A stretch of 35,993 nt of DNA from a virus (taxonomy: Duplodnaviria; Caudoviricetes): positions 1 through 35,993 of the IMG/VR virus record IMGVR_UViG_3300022906_000005. One strand, 5' to 3'. A program made the position numbers and the translations under genes. Numbering within the stretch: the first letter of the stretch is position 1; the number at the start of each line of letters is the position of its first letter. A model generated the notes under the pieces. It saw only the letters and a program-made list of their open reading frames with translations. It had not been told where the DNA came from and did no database searches. Of this stretch, positions 33,248-35,993 are shown piece by piece.

Positions 33248-33858
33248 TGGCTACCCCGCCTCTAAAGCTTCCCACTCTTCCAAGTGGAATCGCCATCGTC
33301 AATCCTGAGACTGGCGCACCTACGGTCACGTTTCAACAATGGTGGTTTGAAGTCGCTAACAGCATCGAATATTCGGTCAACGGCATCGCTTTGGCCCTTG
33401 AGGCTGCGGGCATTGCCTTGGCTGCCGCTGATGTAGCATTGGACGCAGCCGACGAAGCGCAAACGGCAGCCGACAACGCGCAGACTTCAACCAACACCCT
33501 TTCCGACGAACAGAGCCTTGCACAGAGCGGGTGCGAAAACCCGTCGGTTCCGCCGCTTCTGTCAGCCGACAGCACGGGCCAAATCATCATCTCGACCCAT
33601 GACCGCCGCTACGGCAACGGAACGGTGGTGAGTGTGACGGGTGACACGCTGGCGACGGCCTATGTCAACCCGGATGCGGTCTACGTGTTCTATTCCGATC
33701 CCTCTCGGGCAGGGGGTGCGGTGACCTATCAAACCTCGCTCGATCCGACCGACGCGGTGCAGACGGGGAGCATTCATTCGGTTGGCGTTGTCACTGTCCC
33801 CGCAGCGGGGCTGAATCAGGGGCAGTATGTGACCCCGCCGGGCGTTTTGTTGCCCTAG
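33247..33858 (+). CDS. Tail needle-like protein (P22 gp26 position)
   Basis: LP....IVNPETG.PT..F..WW N-terminus, coiled coil, C-terminal knob; lies after the gp10-like gene. Confidence 0.55.
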   Translation: MATPPLKLPTLPSGIAIVNPETGAPTVTFQQWWFEVANSIEYSVNGIALALEAAGIALAAADVALDAADEAQTAADNAQTSTNTLSDEQSLAQSGCENPSVPPLLSADSTGQIIISTHDRRYGNGTVVSVTGDTLATAYVNPDAVYVFYSDPSRAGGAVTYQTSLDPTDAVQTGSIHSVGVVTVPAAGLNQGQYVTPPGVLLP

Positions 33859-33861
33859 CGC

Positions 33862-34416
33862 TTGACCGATGCTGCTTTTTTAGGCAATGCCCACTACAGA
33901 CATTCGTTTCCGCAGCGGAAACGCCACAGTGGCGGGAACGGGTCTTTGGCGCAAGTTCAGCAGACAATTTCGGAAGCAGGGTTGGGGCCGGTGCGACGCG
34001 CCGACAAGGGCGATCTTCCGCGCCTGTTGAAGATGGGCCGCAACTTCGCCGCTGCCGCCAATCTCAGTGAAGCCATCGGATACGATCCCGACAGCACCGC
34101 AGCGATGTTCTGCCAGCTCATGGACTCGGGCATCCTGCTTATCGGCAGGGGTGGGGCAATTGGAGGCGCGGTTTTCCCGTCCCCTTTCAACAATGCGCAC
34201 GTCATCGCGCAAGAGTTCTTCTGGTGGGTAGAGCCGGAGCACAGGGGGCAAGGCTCCGAGCTTCTGGCAGCCTTTGAAGAGGCGGCACGGGAGATGGGCG
34301 CACACAGCGTCATGGTGAGCACTATGGAAGTCCTGAACCACGATGCCGCCGCAAAATTCTATGCGCGGCGCGGCTACAATCCTGCGGATCGCAACTTCAT
34401 CAAGGGCATCGCATAA
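33862..34416 (+). CDS. GNAT-fold protein (P22 gp14-like position); true start probably further downstream
   Basis: VRRA...D, EFFWWVEPEHRGQG..LL..FE..A...G, FY.RRGY. Confidence 0.75.
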   Translation: MTDAAFLGNAHYRHSFPQRKRHSGGNGSLAQVQQTISEAGLGPVRRADKGDLPRLLKMGRNFAAAANLSEAIGYDPDSTAAMFCQLMDSGILLIGRGGAIGGAVFPSPFNNAHVIAQEFFWWVEPEHRGQGSELLAAFEEAAREMGAHSVMVSTMEVLNHDAAAKFYARRGYNPADRNFIKGIA

Positions 34417-35129
34417 TGCCCGTAGCAACCGGCCTTGCCATCCTAGGGGCGGCGGCTATTGGCGCCGGAGCCTCCACGCTTGCAAGCAACAAGGCATCGA
34501 AGACCGCCAAGCAGACGGCGGAGACGAACAACGCCCTGCAACGCGATATCTACGCGCAGAACCAAGGTGCGCTAAGTCCCTACATGGAAGCCGGAAAGCC
34601 CGCCACGTCCGCGATCCAGTCGCTCCTTGGGCTGAGCGGGGACCCCACAGCACAACAAGGCGCGTTCAACCAGTGGCGTAACGCGACGGGCTATCAGGAC
34701 CAGTTCGCGGAAGGCCAGCGAGCCGTCACGGGTTCCCTTGGAAGGGCCGGTTTGCTCGACAGTGGAGCAGCACAGAAGGCACTTACGAAGTACGGCCAGT
34801 CGCAGGCAAACCAGTCCTTCGGCAGCTATTACAACATGCTCGCGGGACAGCAGCAGGTTGGGCTTGCTGGGGCTTCTGCTCTAGCCGGAGTGGGGCAGAA
34901 CTACGCCAACTCTGTGAGCAATAACAACAATTATGCATCCGAGGTGCAGTCCAATTCTGCGCTGGCGAATGCGGGGATTCTCAACAATTTCCTGTCTCAG
35001 GGGCTTACCGCCTACGGCTTCGGCAAGGGCATGGGCAGCTCCTATGGGAAGGGCGGCGCTCCTGCCTTGCCGCCCTATCAGCCGTTTGGCACCCCCATTA
35101 GTGCCGGTCCTTGGTATGGAGGCGGGTGA
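34416..35129 (+). CDS. DNA ejection/pilot protein (P22 gp7-like)
   Basis: Hydrophobic Ala/Gly N-terminus, LSPY.EAG, GYQ.Q..EG......S....G.L.SGA..KAL.KYGQ..A. Confidence 0.8.
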   Translation: MPVATGLAILGAAAIGAGASTLASNKASKTAKQTAETNNALQRDIYAQNQGALSPYMEAGKPATSAIQSLLGLSGDPTAQQGAFNQWRNATGYQDQFAEGQRAVTGSLGRAGLLDSGAAQKALTKYGQSQANQSFGSYYNMLAGQQQVGLAGASALAGVGQNYANSVSNNNNYASEVQSNSALANAGILNNFLSQGLTAYGFGKGMGSSYGKGGAPALPPYQPFGTPISAGPWYGGG

Positions 35130-35993
35130 TGCCAGACTTCAACCTTTTGAATTTGCCCAATTTTTCGCAATCCGCCTTGGCTGGATATCAGGCCGGTTCG
35201 GCCATGCGTCAGCAGAACGAGCGGCAGGGCGCGCTTGAGGGCTATCTTGCGGACCCCGAGAACGAAGTGTCCGTGAAGCGGCTGGCACTCGCCGATTCCT
35301 CATTGGGGCTGCCTATTATGGAGCGCCAGCGAGAGACGAAACACAAGAGGCGGGTTGGCGAGTTGGCCGCGCGTGCTTCGCAGGGCGACCGCGAGGCGGC
35401 GATGGAGCTTTGGCGCGAAGGCGAGACTGATATTGCCTCGAAATTCGACGAACGCACACAGGGCAAGCTGGCGGAGGGAAAGAAGGTCTTCGGGCAGGTT
35501 CTTCTTGAGGTGGCGAATGCCCCTCCCGACCAACGCCCGGCAATATGGGACGCTCGTGCGCGATGGCTGGCAGAGAACGGCTTTCCGGATGCCGAAGCAT
35601 ATATCGGACATTACAGCGAGGACAACCTAAACGCAGGGCTGGCCGAGACCGGAATGACGGAAAAGGCGCTTACCATGGGTCGCGAGCGCTGGACGCCTGT
35701 TCCGCAAGGCGCATCCTTGGTCAACACGAATGACCCTGAGGCCATCGCCGAGTTCAACGCCCGCAGTGGCGGAGCGGGCGCTCCGCCTCAGGCCCCGCCC
35801 GCATCGCCGGATGGCCGGAATACGTTCGCCGAGGCAGCGCAGGCCGGGCAGCTTATCCAGTCCATGGGTGCTCCCGGGTTTCTTCGGTGGCAACAGCAGA
35901 ACCAGGTTCCCGTGCTCGTGCGCACGCCAGAAGACATGGCGGCGCTTCCCGTTGGAACGATGGTGTTGAGCGCTGATGGACGGACCGGGGTAA
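35129..35993 (+). CDS. Second ejection protein (gp20-like position), runs off the window end
   Basis: TGATG coupling; frame reads MPDFNLLNLPNFSQ...LPVGTMVLSADGRTGV at its two ends; absent from the ORF track, consistent with no stop before the window end. Confidence 0.65.
   Translation, partial: MPDFNLLNLPNFSQSALAGYQAGSAMRQQNERQGALEGYLADPENEVSVKRLALADSSLGLPIMERQRETKHKRRVGELAARASQGDREAAMELWREGETDIASKFDERTQGKLAEGKKVFGQVLLEVANAPPDQRPAIWDARARWLAENGFPDAEAYIGHYSEDNLNAGLAETGMTEKALTMGRERWTPVPQGASLVNTNDPEAIAEFNARSGGAGAPPQAPPASPDGRNTFAEAAQAGQLIQSMGAPGFLRWQQQNQVPVLVRTPEDMAALPVGTMVLSADGRTGV

Noticed and set aside
1-35993. Integrated prophage boundaries, integrase or lysis cassette
   Set aside because: No host genes, att-like repeats, recombinase, endolysin or convincing holin recognised within the window

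Overview
About 36 kb of a GC-rich dsDNA tailed phage with a podovirus-like, P22/lambdoid-style layout; the host is probably alphaproteobacterial (inference from promoter style and gene content). Positions 1-9.3 kb are a leftward early region of small, translationally coupled genes, including two Lar-like proteins, an Ead/Ea22-like protein and an SSB-like protein. Back-to-back promoters sit at ~9.3 kb. The rightward middle region encodes a Cro-like HTH protein, two DNA methyltransferases, a RusA-like resolvase, a DnaA-domain-IV protein and a replication protein. Accessory cassettes occupy 14.7-18.6 kb. Packaging and virion genes follow: TerS, TerL, portal, GroES-like, scaffold, major capsid, adaptor, gp10-like, an inverted HNH endonuclease, GNAT and ejection proteins. 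No integrase, CI repressor or lysis genes were recognised in the window. The standout is a cassette at 14667-16332: a lone Cas7/RAMP-like gene followed by four non-coding tracts with strict 5-nt periodicity (GGY-NN-like units; 58/58 pentamers have a pyrimidine at position 3; three tracts carry TGAGGCAAGG), interleaved with a wHTH-like gene and an HTH gene. It is a candidate minimal phage RNA-guided system with a non-contiguous guide code; from memory it resembles the recently reported VIPR-type systems, which I could not verify. Other candidates: structured non-coding regions at ~5.5-5.96 kb and ~14.0-14.65 kb, a tRNA-like RNA after TerL, and a DNA mini-hairpin cluster at 7.68-7.77 kb. All protein calls are by-eye motif recognition, not database results.
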